Source of the DNA: Candidatus Omnitrophota bacterium
Lineage (GTDB): Bacteria > Omnitrophota > Gorgyraeia > Gygaellales > Profunditerraquicolaceae
NCBI GenBank assembly: GCA_028718245.1
Contig: JAQUME010000001.1
Coordinates: 8,390 to 72,389, forward strand
Direction of reading: 5' to 3'
DNA: 64,000 nt
The translations under genes were made by a program, and so were the position numbers. This document shows positions 41,216-51,156 of the stretch, piece after piece (the first letter of the stretch is position 1; every line of letters starts with the position of its first letter). The notes beneath the pieces were generated by a model. It made no database searches, was not told the origin of the DNA, and saw only the letters and a program-made list of their open reading frames with translations.

Positions 41216-44200
41216 ATGCTGCTGGCAATGCAGATACTGGCGGTTTTAGGAACCGGGATGATCGTCTACGCGGTCATCGGGATGTTTACTTCCGGGTCAT
41301 CCTCCCGTTCCTCAAAAAAGAAGAAGGAGCAGAAAAGCAGGGTCCCTGAAGAGCTGCATAAAGAGCAGATGGTACAGCGGCTGGAGAGCCACGCGCAGGG
41401 ATTAGAGAGCGAGCTTGCTCAGGTTAAGGCCGATTATGATAAAGAGAAGTCCGGGTTTTTGGCGGCCAGGGAAAAAGAGGCCAAATTTTCGGATGAGTTG
41501 AAACGCAGAGAGGATTGGGTTGCTAAGGCAGAGGCAGAGCTGGCCAAGAAAAGTGCCGAGAGCCTGGAGCTGAAAAATAAGTTTATTGCCAAAGAACATG
41601 AGCTTCAGGAGGAGTTTGCCAAGAATGTGGAGTTGTCCCGGCAGCTGCGCGAATTGAAAACATCTTTAGAGTCGGAAGAGAAGGCGATTAAAGATAAAGA
41701 GGAGCAGATCCAGATCCAAAAACACCAGATCGAAAAACAGCTCAAGGATATTAAGGAGCATTTAGCTGTCATCGCCGAGTTTAAGCGCAAAGAAAAGATC
41801 AGCGAGTGGGTGCCTAAAGCGGAGTTCAATAAATTAAATGAGGAATACACGGAGCTGGAAAAAGAGCTGGAGGAAAAAGAGGAAAGGCTGAAAAGTTTTG
41901 CCGAGGAGATCAGCCATTTAAGACAAGGGCAGCAGAAGAAAGAGCCGGAAAAAGCAGCCGAGGCGGTTGCCGGGCCGGAAATAACAGAAAAGCCAAAACC
42001 CAAGGAAGAACCTAAGCCCAGCGAAGAGCCCAAGCCAGATAAAGAGGCGGCACAGGAGTTGGATAAGGCCGCACCTAAAAAAGAAGAGCCGGAGAAAATA
42101 GCGGAACAGCCGCTTAAAGAAGAGGCAAAAGAAAAACCCCAGGTAGAGCCGCGCACAAGTTTAGATAAGGTCAGGAATATCGGGATCATGGCGCATATTG
42201 ACGCCGGAAAGACCACTACCACCGAGAGGATCCTGTTTTACACCGGCCGCTCTTATAAGATCGGTGAGGTGCATGACGGCGCGGCAACCATGGATTGGAT
42301 GAAGCAGGAGCAGGAGCGCGGCATTACCATCACTGCTGCAGCTACAACCTGTTTCTGGAAAGAACATCGCATTAACATCATCGATACCCCGGGCCATGTT
42401 GATTTTACCGTTGAGGTAGAAAGATCCCTGCGCGTGCTTGATGGTGCAGTGGCGGTATTTTGCGCGGTAGGCGGGGTAGAGCCGCAGTCAGAGACGGTCT
42501 GGAGGCAGTCCGACAAGTACAATGTCCCCAAAGTCGCCTTTATCAATAAAATGGACCGTACGGGAGCGGATTTTTACAGCGTATTGAACGCCATCGAAAA
42601 AGATTTAAGCGCCTGCGCCATTCCCCTGGAAATACCTATCGGCAGCGAAGATAAATTCCGCGGGGTGGTTGACCTGATCGAGATGAAGGCCTATATTTAT
42701 AATGAGGAATCCCTGGGCAAGGAATTCAGCGTTGGGGATATTCCCGAAGAATTAAAAGAGCAGGCCAAAAAATACCGGCACATTATGGTTGAACGCGCCT
42801 CCTCTCTTAACGAAGAGCTTATGAAAAAATTCCTGGAGCAGGAGGATACGATTACTTCCTGGGAGCTCTACCAGGCTATCCGGCAGGGAACTGTAGCCAA
42901 CAAAATGGTTCCGGTTATCTGCGGCGCCTCGTTTAAGAATAAGGGGGTGCAAAAACTTTTGGACACCATTGTCGCTTTTCTGCCTTCTCCGTTAGATGTA
43001 CCGGCGGTCCAGGGGGATGATCCGAATGATCCGGAGAAAAAGATAGAGCGCAAGGCCGATATCAATGAGCCGTTTTCCGGCCTGGCCTTTAAAGTTCAGG
43101 CTGACCAGCATATGGGAAAGTTGGTCTATGTGCGGGTATATTCGGGAAGGCTTTCGGCGGGCACCTATATTTTAAATACCACCAAAAATAAAAAAGAAAG
43201 GGTAAGCCGCATTGTGCAGATGCATGCCAACCAGCGGGAGAATGTCGATTATGCTTTTGCCGGGGATATTGTGGCAGTGCCGGGTTTAACCAGCACTATA
43301 ACCGGGGATACACTTTGTGACCCGGATAACCCGATAATCCTGGAGGCGATAAAATTCCCTGCTCCGGTGATCTCTTTAAGCATTGTCCCCAAGAGCCGCT
43401 CAGACCAGGATAAATTAGGCAAAGGCCTGGCTAAGCTGACCGAAGAGGACCCTACATTTAAGGTTGAGACCGACGAGGAAACCAAAGAGGTCATCCTTAC
43501 CGGCATGGGTGAGTTACATTTAGAGATCATTGTTGACAGGTTAAAAGAGGAGTTCGGGGTAGAAGCCATTGTCGGCCAGCCTAAGGTCGCCTACCGCGAG
43601 ACGATCCTAAAGCCGGCCAGCGCGGAGAGTAAATACATTAAACAGTCCGGCGGACGCGGCCAGTACGGACACGTAGTTTTGGAGCTCTCTCCGAATAAGC
43701 CGGGTGAGGGGCTGGATTTTATCGACAGCATTAAAGGCGGGGCGATCCCCCGGAACTTTATCCCGGCGGTAGAAAAGGGTGTTATCGAAGCCATGCAAAA
43801 GGGAGCTTATGGCGGTTACCCGGTTGTGGATGTGAAGGTAGAGTTAGTGGACGGCTCATTCCATGAAGTGGATTCATCGGAGATAGCTTTTAAAATGGCA
43901 GCCATATTCGGTTTTAAAGAGGCATTCTTAAAGGGCTCTCCTGTGTTCTTAGAGCCGAGCATGAAGTTGGAGGTTTCAACTCCCGAAGAGTATTTAAACG
44001 GCTGCGTGGGTTATATCTGTTCGCACCGCGGCAAGATCTTGAATGTTGATGCCAAGGCCAACCAGAAGGTCATCTCTGCCGAAGCCCCCCTGGCAGAAAT
44101 GTTTGGTTATGCCACCAGTTTCCGCTCCCTCTCCAGCGGCCGGGCAAATGCCACCATGGAATTCGATAAGTACACGCAGGTGCCGGGAGAAATTGCCCAG

Positions 44201-44248
44201 AAGATCCTGCAGGATAGGCAGAAACAAAAAGAGGAGGAGGATAAATAA
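41216..44248 (+). CDS. EF-G paralog fused to an N-terminal TM anchor, about 230-aa coiled coil and Pro/Lys/Glu-rich linker
   Basis: It is a single 1010-aa ORF. Aa 1-25 ([25 protein letters not shown]) form a TM, followed by basic [13 protein letters not shown]. Aa 40-250 are heptad-like and K/E-rich. Aa 255-290 are [18 protein letters not shown] repeats. From aa 318, [26 protein letters not shown]... is a full-length EF-G (G, G', II-V). Confidence 0.85.
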   Translation: MLLAMQILAVLGTGMIVYAVIGMFTSGSSSRSSKKKKEQKSRVPEELHKEQMVQRLESHAQGLESELAQVKADYDKEKSGFLAAREKEAKFSDELKRREDWVAKAEAELAKKSAESLELKNKFIAKEHELQEEFAKNVELSRQLRELKTSLESEEKAIKDKEEQIQIQKHQIEKQLKDIKEHLAVIAEFKRKEKISEWVPKAEFNKLNEEYTELEKELEEKEERLKSFAEEISHLRQGQQKKEPEKAAEAVAGPEITEKPKPKEEPKPSEEPKPDKEAAQELDKAAPKKEEPEKIAEQPLKEEAKEKPQVEPRTSLDKVRNIGIMAHIDAGKTTTTERILFYTGRSYKIGEVHDGAATMDWMKQEQERGITITAAATTCFWKEHRINIIDTPGHVDFTVEVERSLRVLDGAVAVFCAVGGVEPQSETVWRQSDKYNVPKVAFINKMDRTGADFYSVLNAIEKDLSACAIPLEIPIGSEDKFRGVVDLIEMKAYIYNEESLGKEFSVGDIPEELKEQAKKYRHIMVERASSLNEELMKKFLEQEDTITSWELYQAIRQGTVANKMVPVICGASFKNKGVQKLLDTIVAFLPSPLDVPAVQGDDPNDPEKKIERKADINEPFSGLAFKVQADQHMGKLVYVRVYSGRLSAGTYILNTTKNKKERVSRIVQMHANQRENVDYAFAGDIVAVPGLTSTITGDTLCDPDNPIILEAIKFPAPVISLSIVPKSRSDQDKLGKGLAKLTEEDPTFKVETDEETKEVILTGMGELHLEIIVDRLKEEFGVEAIVGQPKVAYRETILKPASAESKYIKQSGGRGQYGHVVLELSPNKPGEGLDFIDSIKGGAIPRNFIPAVEKGVIEAMQKGAYGGYPVVDVKVELVDGSFHEVDSSEIAFKMAAIFGFKEAFLKGSPVFLEPSMKLEVSTPEEYLNGCVGYICSHRGKILNVDAKANQKVISAEAPLAEMFGYATSFRSLSSGRANATMEFDKYTQVPGEIAQKILQDRQKQKEEEDK

Positions 44249-44251
44249 GTT

Positions 44252-44794
44252 ATGAAAAGAATATTTATAGGGATGCTGATCATTGGATCGGTGTTTTGCT
44301 ACGGGAGGATCTTGGCTATGGACGGAACAATTGTAGTTTTGGAGACTAATCAAGGGAATATAGAGATTAAATTAAAACCTGATGTCGCGCCAAAAGCCTG
44401 TGAAAATTTCACCAAATTGGCAGAAAAGGGGTATTATGACGGATTGATCTTTCACCGGGTGATCAAAGGTTTTATGATCCAGGGAGGAGACCCCACGGGG
44501 ACCGGCATGGGTGGAGAGTCAATTTGGGGCAGGCCTTTTGAAGATGAGGTCAGTCCCGTAGCTAAATTCGATGCACCCGGTATTTTAGCCATGGCTAATT
44601 CAGGCCCGAATACAAATGGCAGCCAGTTTTTTATCACCACGGCAAAGACCCCCTGGTTAAATATGCGTCATACCATATTTGGCGAGGTGGTTTCCGGGTT
44701 AGAGGTGGTGCAAAAGATCGAAAATACCCCGGTTAATGCCGAAGACAGGCCGATCACCGAGCAAAAGATCATCCGGGCATATATAAAATCGTAA
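44252..44794 (+). CDS. Cyclophilin-type peptidyl-prolyl cis-trans isomerase, probably exported
   Basis: The protein carries HRVIKGFMIQGGDPTGTG and FFITT motifs. Its N-terminus MKRIFIGMLIIGSVFCYG is hydrophobic. Confidence 0.9.
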   Translation: MKRIFIGMLIIGSVFCYGRILAMDGTIVVLETNQGNIEIKLKPDVAPKACENFTKLAEKGYYDGLIFHRVIKGFMIQGGDPTGTGMGGESIWGRPFEDEVSPVAKFDAPGILAMANSGPNTNGSQFFITTAKTPWLNMRHTIFGEVVSGLEVVQKIENTPVNAEDRPITEQKIIRAYIKS

Positions 44795-44827
44795 AAGCTC
44801 AAAAACCCTAAAAGCGCCCTTATAAGC

Positions 44828-44860
44828 AAAAGTGGCCTTGGTATGTCCAAGGCCACTTTT
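44828..44860 (+). terminator. Terminator-like 14-bp perfect hairpin after the cyclophilin gene
   Basis: AAAAGTGGCCTTGG-TATGT-CCAAGGCCACTTTT forms a 14-bp perfect hairpin. The U-run lies within the 3' arm and is followed by GG. Confidence 0.45.
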
Positions 44861-44997
44861 GGAGGGGATAATCCTCGATGGCTTGCGCTATCCGTTCCTC
44901 CGCTTGAGTTAACAAAAAAAGAGTAATCAAAGCATGCCATATGCCGGATAAAAATCAAGGGCATTTTAATGACTTTTGGAAAGCGCTTTCTTAAAAG

Positions 44998-47031
44998 ATG
45001 AAAAAAATAGATTATCACAAGGAATTAAATTGCGCGCAATTAACGGCGGTGGAGTCTATCGACGGGCCGCATCTGGTGATCGCCGGAGCAGGAAGCGGCA
45101 AAACCCGGGTCTTAGTGCACCGGGTGGCCTACCTGGTTGAAAAAGGGGTAAGACCTGAGCAGATCCTCCTGCTCACCTTTACCCGCCGGGCATCCGAAGA
45201 GATGCTGCGCAGGGCGGCTTTGCTTTTGGATGAGCGCTGCAAGCATGTTTCCGGAGGAACCTTCCATTCCTTTGCCAATATGATCTTGAGAAAATACGCC
45301 GGGCTTTTAGGGATCAGCAATAATTTTACCATTTTAGACCAGGCGGATGCCGAGGACGCGGTGAATTTCGTGCGCACAAAGTTAGGGTATCATAAATCAG
45401 AGAAACGTTTCCCGCGCAAACACGCGATATTAGAGGTGATCTCTAAAAGCGTGAATAAATCCAGCCAGTTAAGCGATGTCCTGTATGATGAATACCCCCA
45501 GTTCATGGAATTTACCGAAGAAATCAAAAAGATCCGCGATGAGTACAATAAATATAAACGCCAGAAATCCCTTCTGGACTATGATGACCTTTTGGTTTTC
45601 CTGAAAAATCTGCTTAGCCAGCATGAGGATGTGCGCCAGCTCCTTTCGGCTAAATATAAGTATATCATGGTTGATGAGTATCAGGATACGAATAAGCTTC
45701 AGGCGCATATCGCCTGCCTTTTGGCAGCTGATCATGCCAATATAATGGTCGTAGGCGATGACGCTCAAAGCATATATTCCTTCCGCGGGGCTAATTTCAA
45801 GAATATAATCGATTTCCCCAAGATCTTCAAAGGCACCCAGATTATTACCTTAGAGGAGAACTACCGCTCAACGCAGCCGATCCTGAATCTGACTAACGCG
45901 GTCATTGCCCAGGCCAAGGAAAAATTCGAGAAGAGCCTCTATACTAAAAAGAAAGAGGGGAATATCCCGGTTTTTATCGACTGCAGCGACGAGAATTCGC
46001 AGTCAAGCTTTGTGGCGGACAAGATCCTGGAGTTAAGAGAGGAGGGGGTGGGTTTAAATGATATAGCCGTGCTTTTCCGTTCAGGCTGGCATTCCAATGA
46101 CCTGGAGATCACCCTGGCCAGCCGCAATATCCCTTTTGTAAAATACGGGGGCCAAAAATTTGTTGAAGCCGCCCACATAAAAGATATCTTATCCTATCTG
46201 CGCATAGCTTATAATGCGCAAGATCAGGTCAGCTGGCTGCGCGCCCTATTGTTAATTCCCGGGATCGGGCCCAAAACCGGCCAAAAAATCATTGAGTTGC
46301 TCGCGCAAAAAGGCAATGCCGCAGGAGACGCGTTATTAAAGAAAAATGACACATTGATGAAACTCTTCGGATTATTAAAGGAAGTTGACATCCAGGGGGA
46401 TGAGCCGGCAAAGATCATCGAGAGGTTCCTCGGTTTTTACCAGCCGCTTTTAAAAATAAAATACGATGATTTTAACAAGCGGCTGAATGATCTGGATTCT
46501 TTATTGCGTATTGCCCAGCGCTACAAATCAGTGGAGCAATTCCTGGTGGATATGGCCCTGGAGCCTCCGGAGAGAAGCATAGTGGAGGCAGGGAAAAAGG
46601 ATAGGGATGATTTCCCGCTTACCCTCTCAACCATACATTCGGCAAAGGGATTGGAGTGGCATACCGTATTCTTAATTTATGTTGCCGAAGGACACCTCCC
46701 TTCCTACCTTTCCCTGGAAACAGAGGATGAAATCGAAGAGGAGCGCCGGCTCTTGTATGTCGCTGCCACCCGCGCCAAGGTCAATTTATTCTTATTGAAA
46801 CCGCATATTGACCGCTCTCCCAGAAGTTTTATGGATTCCGGCGGCTCGGTCTTCACTCAGGTCTCGCGTTTCCTGGGGCAGGGAGGGTTGCTGGATAAGT
46901 TTGCGGATGTACGCAGCGCAGGAGGCCTGGAAGAGCTGGATGATGTGGGGTTGGAGGATATTATCGGAGAGGGAAAGCGAAAGAATAAAGAGTTTTTTGA
47001 AACCCTGGAAGAGTATTTTCGCGATGAATAG
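44998..47031 (+). CDS. UvrD/Rep/PcrA-family ATP-dependent DNA helicase
   Basis: The protein carries Walker A AGAGSGKT, DEYQDTN and helicase motifs through VI. It is 677 aa. Confidence 0.9.
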   Translation: MKKIDYHKELNCAQLTAVESIDGPHLVIAGAGSGKTRVLVHRVAYLVEKGVRPEQILLLTFTRRASEEMLRRAALLLDERCKHVSGGTFHSFANMILRKYAGLLGISNNFTILDQADAEDAVNFVRTKLGYHKSEKRFPRKHAILEVISKSVNKSSQLSDVLYDEYPQFMEFTEEIKKIRDEYNKYKRQKSLLDYDDLLVFLKNLLSQHEDVRQLLSAKYKYIMVDEYQDTNKLQAHIACLLAADHANIMVVGDDAQSIYSFRGANFKNIIDFPKIFKGTQIITLEENYRSTQPILNLTNAVIAQAKEKFEKSLYTKKKEGNIPVFIDCSDENSQSSFVADKILELREEGVGLNDIAVLFRSGWHSNDLEITLASRNIPFVKYGGQKFVEAAHIKDILSYLRIAYNAQDQVSWLRALLLIPGIGPKTGQKIIELLAQKGNAAGDALLKKNDTLMKLFGLLKEVDIQGDEPAKIIERFLGFYQPLLKIKYDDFNKRLNDLDSLLRIAQRYKSVEQFLVDMALEPPERSIVEAGKKDRDDFPLTLSTIHSAKGLEWHTVFLIYVAEGHLPSYLSLETEDEIEEERRLLYVAATRAKVNLFLLKPHIDRSPRSFMDSGGSVFTQVSRFLGQGGLLDKFADVRSAGGLEELDDVGLEDIIGEGKRKNKEFFETLEEYFRDE

Positions 47032-47058
47032 AGCAGGCGCGAAACCCCTTCTTTTCTC

Positions 47059-47087
47059 TTGAGATAGGCATAATTTTGTGTTAGAAT
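47059..47087 (+). promoter_or_regulatory. Sigma70-like promoter (TTGAGA-N17-TAGAAT) positioned for a leaderless transcript
   Basis: The -10 element ends 7 nt before the ATG at 47095. No Shine-Dalgarno sequence is present. Confidence 0.35.
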
Positions 47088-47094
47088 TTTTAAT

Positions 47095-47748
47095 ATGATC
47101 ATCAGCCAGCAAAAGCCTTTAGGGGAGTTATTGGCCAGCCTAAAGGAATATAAGAAAATATTCCTGGTGGGCTGCGGGGAGTGCGCTGCTACCTGTAAGA
47201 GCGGCGGAGAGCCCGAATTGATTAAGATGAAGGCAGATCTGGAGGCAGCGGGAAAGACGGTTCTGGGAATGTGTATGCCCGGGGCTCCTTGTGTTGCCCC
47301 GCAGATCAAGACGGAGCTGGCAAAAAATATAAAAGTACTGCGCGACTCTGAAGCTATTTTGGTTTTAGCCTGCGGATTAGGGGTACAGTCAGTAAAAGAG
47401 AATGACCGCCTGGGCTTGCCGGTTTTTCCGGCTAATAATACTCTATTCGGGGCGGTCATGGATGCCCAAGGTAATTTTTATGAAAAATGTTCTATGTGCG
47501 CGGAGTGTGTTTTAGGAGAGACTGCGGGGATCTGCCCGGTCACCCTTTGTGCAAAAGGACTTTTGAATGGCCCCTGCGGTGGGATGAATAAAGGCAAATG
47601 TGAGACAGACAGTGAAAAGGACTGCGCCTGGGTTTTGATCTACAAGGAGATGGAAAAGAGAAATAAGCTGGATAAGATCAAAGAGATCCATAAGGAGCGT
47701 GATTATAAGAAAAGCTCCCGGCCGCATAAACTGATAATGAGCAAATAA
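47095..47748 (+). CDS. Cys-rich protein resembling the MTHFR C-terminal (MetV-like) domain
   Basis: Multiple Cys clusters are present (GCGECAATC, CMPGAPC, CSMCAEC, CPVTLC, LNGPCGGMNKGKCE). The NGPCGG motif is what I recall from Pfam MTHFR_C. This assignment is from memory only. Confidence 0.45.
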   Translation: MIISQQKPLGELLASLKEYKKIFLVGCGECAATCKSGGEPELIKMKADLEAAGKTVLGMCMPGAPCVAPQIKTELAKNIKVLRDSEAILVLACGLGVQSVKENDRLGLPVFPANNTLFGAVMDAQGNFYEKCSMCAECVLGETAGICPVTLCAKGLLNGPCGGMNKGKCETDSEKDCAWVLIYKEMEKRNKLDKIKEIHKERDYKKSSRPHKLIMSK

Positions 47749-47749
47749 A

Positions 47750-48187
47750 ATGGCAGAACAATTACCTTACAGCGAAAAAGTCATGGATCATTTTACCAAT
47801 CCACGCAATGTCGGCGAGATCCCCGATGCCAGCGGCATCGGTACCGTCGGCAATCCCGTATGTGGTGACGTGATGAAGATGTACCTTAAGATCGAAAACG
47901 AAATTATCGTCGACGTTAAATTCAAGACCTTTGGCTGCGGGGCAGCGGTTGCCACCAGCTCTATGGTCACGGAGATGGTCAAAGGCAAGAGCATCGCCGA
48001 GGCCTTAACTATTACCAATAACGCGGTCGCCGAGGCCTTAGGAGGCCTGCCTCCCGTAAAAATGCACTGTTCTGTTTTGGCGGAGGAGGCACTGCGTTCG
48101 GCCCTAAAGGATTATTACAAGAAGCAGGGCAAGCCCGTACCTTTTGAGGACAAAGGCCATGCTCATGAGGGGGAGACCTGCTTATAG
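47750..48187 (+). CDS. iscU: Fe-S cluster assembly scaffold IscU/NifU-like
   Basis: The protein carries NPVCGD and MHCSVLA motifs and has three conserved Cys. It is 145 aa. Confidence 0.85.
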   Translation: MAEQLPYSEKVMDHFTNPRNVGEIPDASGIGTVGNPVCGDVMKMYLKIENEIIVDVKFKTFGCGAAVATSSMVTEMVKGKSIAEALTITNNAVAEALGGLPPVKMHCSVLAEEALRSALKDYYKKQGKPVPFEDKGHAHEGETCL

Positions 48188-48193
48188 GCAGTT

Positions 48194-48739
48194 ATGTTGA
48201 CAAAAGCCCAAATACGTAGTAAAATTCTCTTGAAGTTAAAAACTCAGAAGGAGGAAGACCGAAACCGAAAAAGTAAGCTTATTCAGGATAAACTTTTAAG
48301 GAATAAGGTTTTTAGGAAGGCGAAGATAGTGATGTTTTACATCGCCTTTGGCGGGGAAGTAAATACAGAAGAGATGATCAAGGAAGCCAAGAAAATAGGC
48401 AAGCTTATATGCGTGCCGATTTGCAGAAAAGATAAAGAAATTATGCAGCCAGCCATATTAGAAGACCACGCGAAATTAAAAGTAGGCCCTTACGGAGTTT
48501 GGGAGCCTGTAGCCGAGACCCTGGTTAAGCCGGAGGATTTAGACCTAATTATCACCCCCGGTTTAGCTTTTGATAAAAAAGGCAACCGCCTGGGTCGCGG
48601 CAAGGGTTACTACGACCGTTTCTTAAGCAAACTTTCTGATAGGGCGCCTTCCATAGGCCTGGCTTTTGACTTCCAGATCTTGCCTCTAATCCCCACCACT
48701 AGCCACGATGTAAGCGTTAACAAAATTATCTTCTCCTAA
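48194..48739 (+). CDS. 5-formyltetrahydrofolate cyclo-ligase
   Basis: The C-terminal motif [26 protein letters not shown] is typical of MTHFS. Confidence 0.8.
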   Translation: MLTKAQIRSKILLKLKTQKEEDRNRKSKLIQDKLLRNKVFRKAKIVMFYIAFGGEVNTEEMIKEAKKIGKLICVPICRKDKEIMQPAILEDHAKLKVGPYGVWEPVAETLVKPEDLDLIITPGLAFDKKGNRLGRGKGYYDRFLSKLSDRAPSIGLAFDFQILPLIPTTSHDVSVNKIIFS

Positions 48740-48785
48740 AGCTCCTGTAGGAAGTCCCACAAGCAGGTTAAAAGGGAGGATAGAA

Positions 48786-50342
48786 ATGATTCTCAACATA
48801 GTGATACTTATAGTCATTGCGATAGCCGCCACATACTCCGGTTATTTCTTAAGGAAGCATATTGCCGAAAAAAAATTAAAGAGCGCTGAGGCAGAAGCCG
48901 AGCATATCCTGGAGGTTGCCAAAAAGGAGATCCTGGATAAACGCCGGGAAGCGGAGCTGGAGGCCAAAGACCTCTTGTACCGCATGCGCCAGGATTTTGA
49001 GCGGGAAACCAAAGACCGCAAGCAGGAGATCGCCAACCTCGAACGCAGGCTTACCCAGAAAGAAGAGAATATTGACCGCAGGCTTGACCTTATGGAGAAG
49101 AAAGAAAAAGAGATCGACAGCCGCAGCGGCAATCTCAAGAAGCAGGAGGATGGGCTAAAAGTAAAAGAGGGGCAACTGCAGGCTTTAGTTGCCGAAGAAA
49201 AAGAAAGGCTGCAAAAAATATCTTCTCTCTCCGCCGAGGAAGCAAAGCATATTTTGCTTAGCCGTCTTAACGAGGAACTGAGTAATGAAAAGGCCGTATT
49301 TATCAGGCGCCAGGAAGAGGAGGCCCGCAGTGCCGCGGACAAAAAAGCCCGGGAGATAGTCAGCCTGGCGATCCAGCGCTGCAGCGCGGAGCACACCGTG
49401 GAGTCAACCGTAAGCGTGGTAAATCTGCCTAATGATGAGATGAAGGGCAGGGTTATCGGCCGCGAAGGAAGGAATATCCGCGCCCTGGAGATGGCAACCG
49501 GGGTCGACGTAATTATCGACGATACCCCGGAGGCGGTTACCCTTTCCGGGTTTGACGCGGTGAGGCGCGAGATCGCCCGCCTTAGCCTTGAAAAGCTGAT
49601 CTCCGACGGAAGGATCCATCCCGGCCGGATCGAAGAGATAGTTGAGAAAACCAAGAAAGAAATGGATGAGAAGATCCGCGAGGAGGGGGAGCGGGCGGCT
49701 TTTGATACCGGGGTTAATGGTCTGCATCCCGAAATAATCAAACTTCTCGGCCGCCTTAAATACCGCACCAGCTATGGCCAAAATGCCCTGCAGCACTCCA
49801 AAGAAGTTTCATATCTGTTAGGAGTGATGGCTTCGGAGCTGGGCCTGGATTTTAAATTAGGCCGCAGGATCGGGCTCTTGCACGACATAGGCAAGGCCGT
49901 AGATCACCAGGTTGAGGGAACGCACGCCAAGCTGGGAGCTGAACTGGCCAAGAAATACAATGAGTCCGTCGAAGTGATCGGATCTATAGAGTCGCATCAT
50001 GAAGAAGCCCAGCCGCAGAGCTTATATGCGGTCTTAGCCGTAGCCGCCGATGCCATAAGCGCAGCCCGGCCCGGAGCAAGAAGGGAAACCCTTGAAACTT
50101 ATATTAAACGGTTGGATAAACTGGAGGCGATCGCCAATCTATTCAAAGGGGTGGAGAAGTCTTTCGCCATTCAGGCGGGACGCGAGATCCGCGTTATCGT
50201 GCAGCCGGAAAAAATAAATGATAATGAAGCAGTGGCCATGGCCAGGGACATACGTAAAAAGATCGAGGAGGGGATGGAGTATCCGGGACAGATCAAGGTT
50301 ACGGTGATCCGTGAAATGCGCGCCATCGAGTATGCGAAATAA
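48786..50342 (+). CDS. rny: Ribonuclease Y
   Basis: The protein has an N-terminal TM, a coiled coil, a KH domain and an HD domain (HSKEVSYL...LLHDIGK). Confidence 0.9.
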   Translation: MILNIVILIVIAIAATYSGYFLRKHIAEKKLKSAEAEAEHILEVAKKEILDKRREAELEAKDLLYRMRQDFERETKDRKQEIANLERRLTQKEENIDRRLDLMEKKEKEIDSRSGNLKKQEDGLKVKEGQLQALVAEEKERLQKISSLSAEEAKHILLSRLNEELSNEKAVFIRRQEEEARSAADKKAREIVSLAIQRCSAEHTVESTVSVVNLPNDEMKGRVIGREGRNIRALEMATGVDVIIDDTPEAVTLSGFDAVRREIARLSLEKLISDGRIHPGRIEEIVEKTKKEMDEKIREEGERAAFDTGVNGLHPEIIKLLGRLKYRTSYGQNALQHSKEVSYLLGVMASELGLDFKLGRRIGLLHDIGKAVDHQVEGTHAKLGAELAKKYNESVEVIGSIESHHEEAQPQSLYAVLAVAADAISAARPGARRETLETYIKRLDKLEAIANLFKGVEKSFAIQAGREIRVIVQPEKINDNEAVAMARDIRKKIEEGMEYPGQIKVTVIREMRAIEYAK

Positions 50343-50367
50343 GCGTCGCCAGTAGGGACAGCCAAAA

Positions 50368-51156
50368 ATGAATATCTTATTCATCGGAGACATAGTCGGT
50401 TCACCCGGAAGAAAAGCGATCGCCAAATTGGTCCCCGGGCTTAGGGCTGAGATGGGAATTGATTTTGTGATCGCTAACGCCGAGAATTCCTCCGGCGGTT
50501 CGGGGATCACCGCAAAGGTTGCCGCGGAATTATTCTCATCGGGAGTGGATGTGCTTACCTCCGGTGATCACATCTGGAAAAAAAGCGAGATCTTCCAGCT
50601 GATCAACCAGGAGGAGAGGATACTGCGGCCCATCAATTATCCTGAAGGATCCCCCGGCCGCGGAGCCCATGTGTTTAAGGCCGCCAACGGCCTTAAGGTC
50701 GGGGTAATCAATGTCAACGGCCGGGTTTTTATGGATGCCCTGGAATGCCCTTTTAAAACTACTCTTCGGGCCTGCAATGAGTTGGCCAAGGAAACCAAGA
50801 TCATTATCGTGGATGTGCACGCAGAGGCGACTTCAGAAAAGGTCGCCTTGGGTTGGTACCTGGATGGCAAAGCTTCCGCTGTTCTTGGCACGCATACGCA
50901 TATCCAGACCGCCGATGAAAAGATCCTTCCCAAGGGTACCGCTTATCTAACCGACGCCGGCATGACCGGGCCGTATGATTCCGTGATCGGCAGAAATGTG
51001 GAGGATGTGCTTACCCGTTTCTTAAGCTCTATCCCGGTAAAATTTAATGTTGCCGAAGAAAATATACAGCTGCATGGAGCATTTGTCCGGATCGATGAAA
51101 AAACAGGCTCGGCAGTTTCAATCTCAAGGGTGCAGAAAAAACTTTTAGATGAATAA
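50368..51156 (+). CDS. ymdB: YmdB-family metallophosphoesterase (2',3'-cyclic nucleotide 2'-phosphodiesterase-like, TIGR00282)
   Basis: The product MNILFIGDIVGSPGR...GDHIW... has calcineurin-like motifs. It sits in the conserved rny-ymdB arrangement. Confidence 0.8.
   Translation: MNILFIGDIVGSPGRKAIAKLVPGLRAEMGIDFVIANAENSSGGSGITAKVAAELFSSGVDVLTSGDHIWKKSEIFQLINQEERILRPINYPEGSPGRGAHVFKAANGLKVGVINVNGRVFMDALECPFKTTLRACNELAKETKIIIVDVHAEATSEKVALGWYLDGKASAVLGTHTHIQTADEKILPKGTAYLTDAGMTGPYDSVIGRNVEDVLTRFLSSIPVKFNVAEENIQLHGAFVRIDEKTGSAVSISRVQKKLLDE

Noticed and set aside
41605-42222. 205-aa minus-strand ORF opposite the EF-G fusion coiled-coil region
   Set aside because: It is a low-complexity Ser/Phe/Leu-rich shadow ORF of the repetitive GAA/AAG-rich coding strand.
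46857-47459. 200-aa minus-strand ORF spanning the uvrD 3' end, the intergenic promoter and the Cys-rich gene start
   Set aside because: It crosses a predicted promoter and overlaps two plus-strand genes. Its translation is low-complexity with no motif.
48842-49768. 308-aa ORF on the minus strand inside rny
   Set aside because: It lies antisense to the well-supported RNase Y gene. Its translation is low-complexity and Ser/Arg/Leu-rich, the typical mirror of a Lys/Glu-rich coding strand, and it has no motif.
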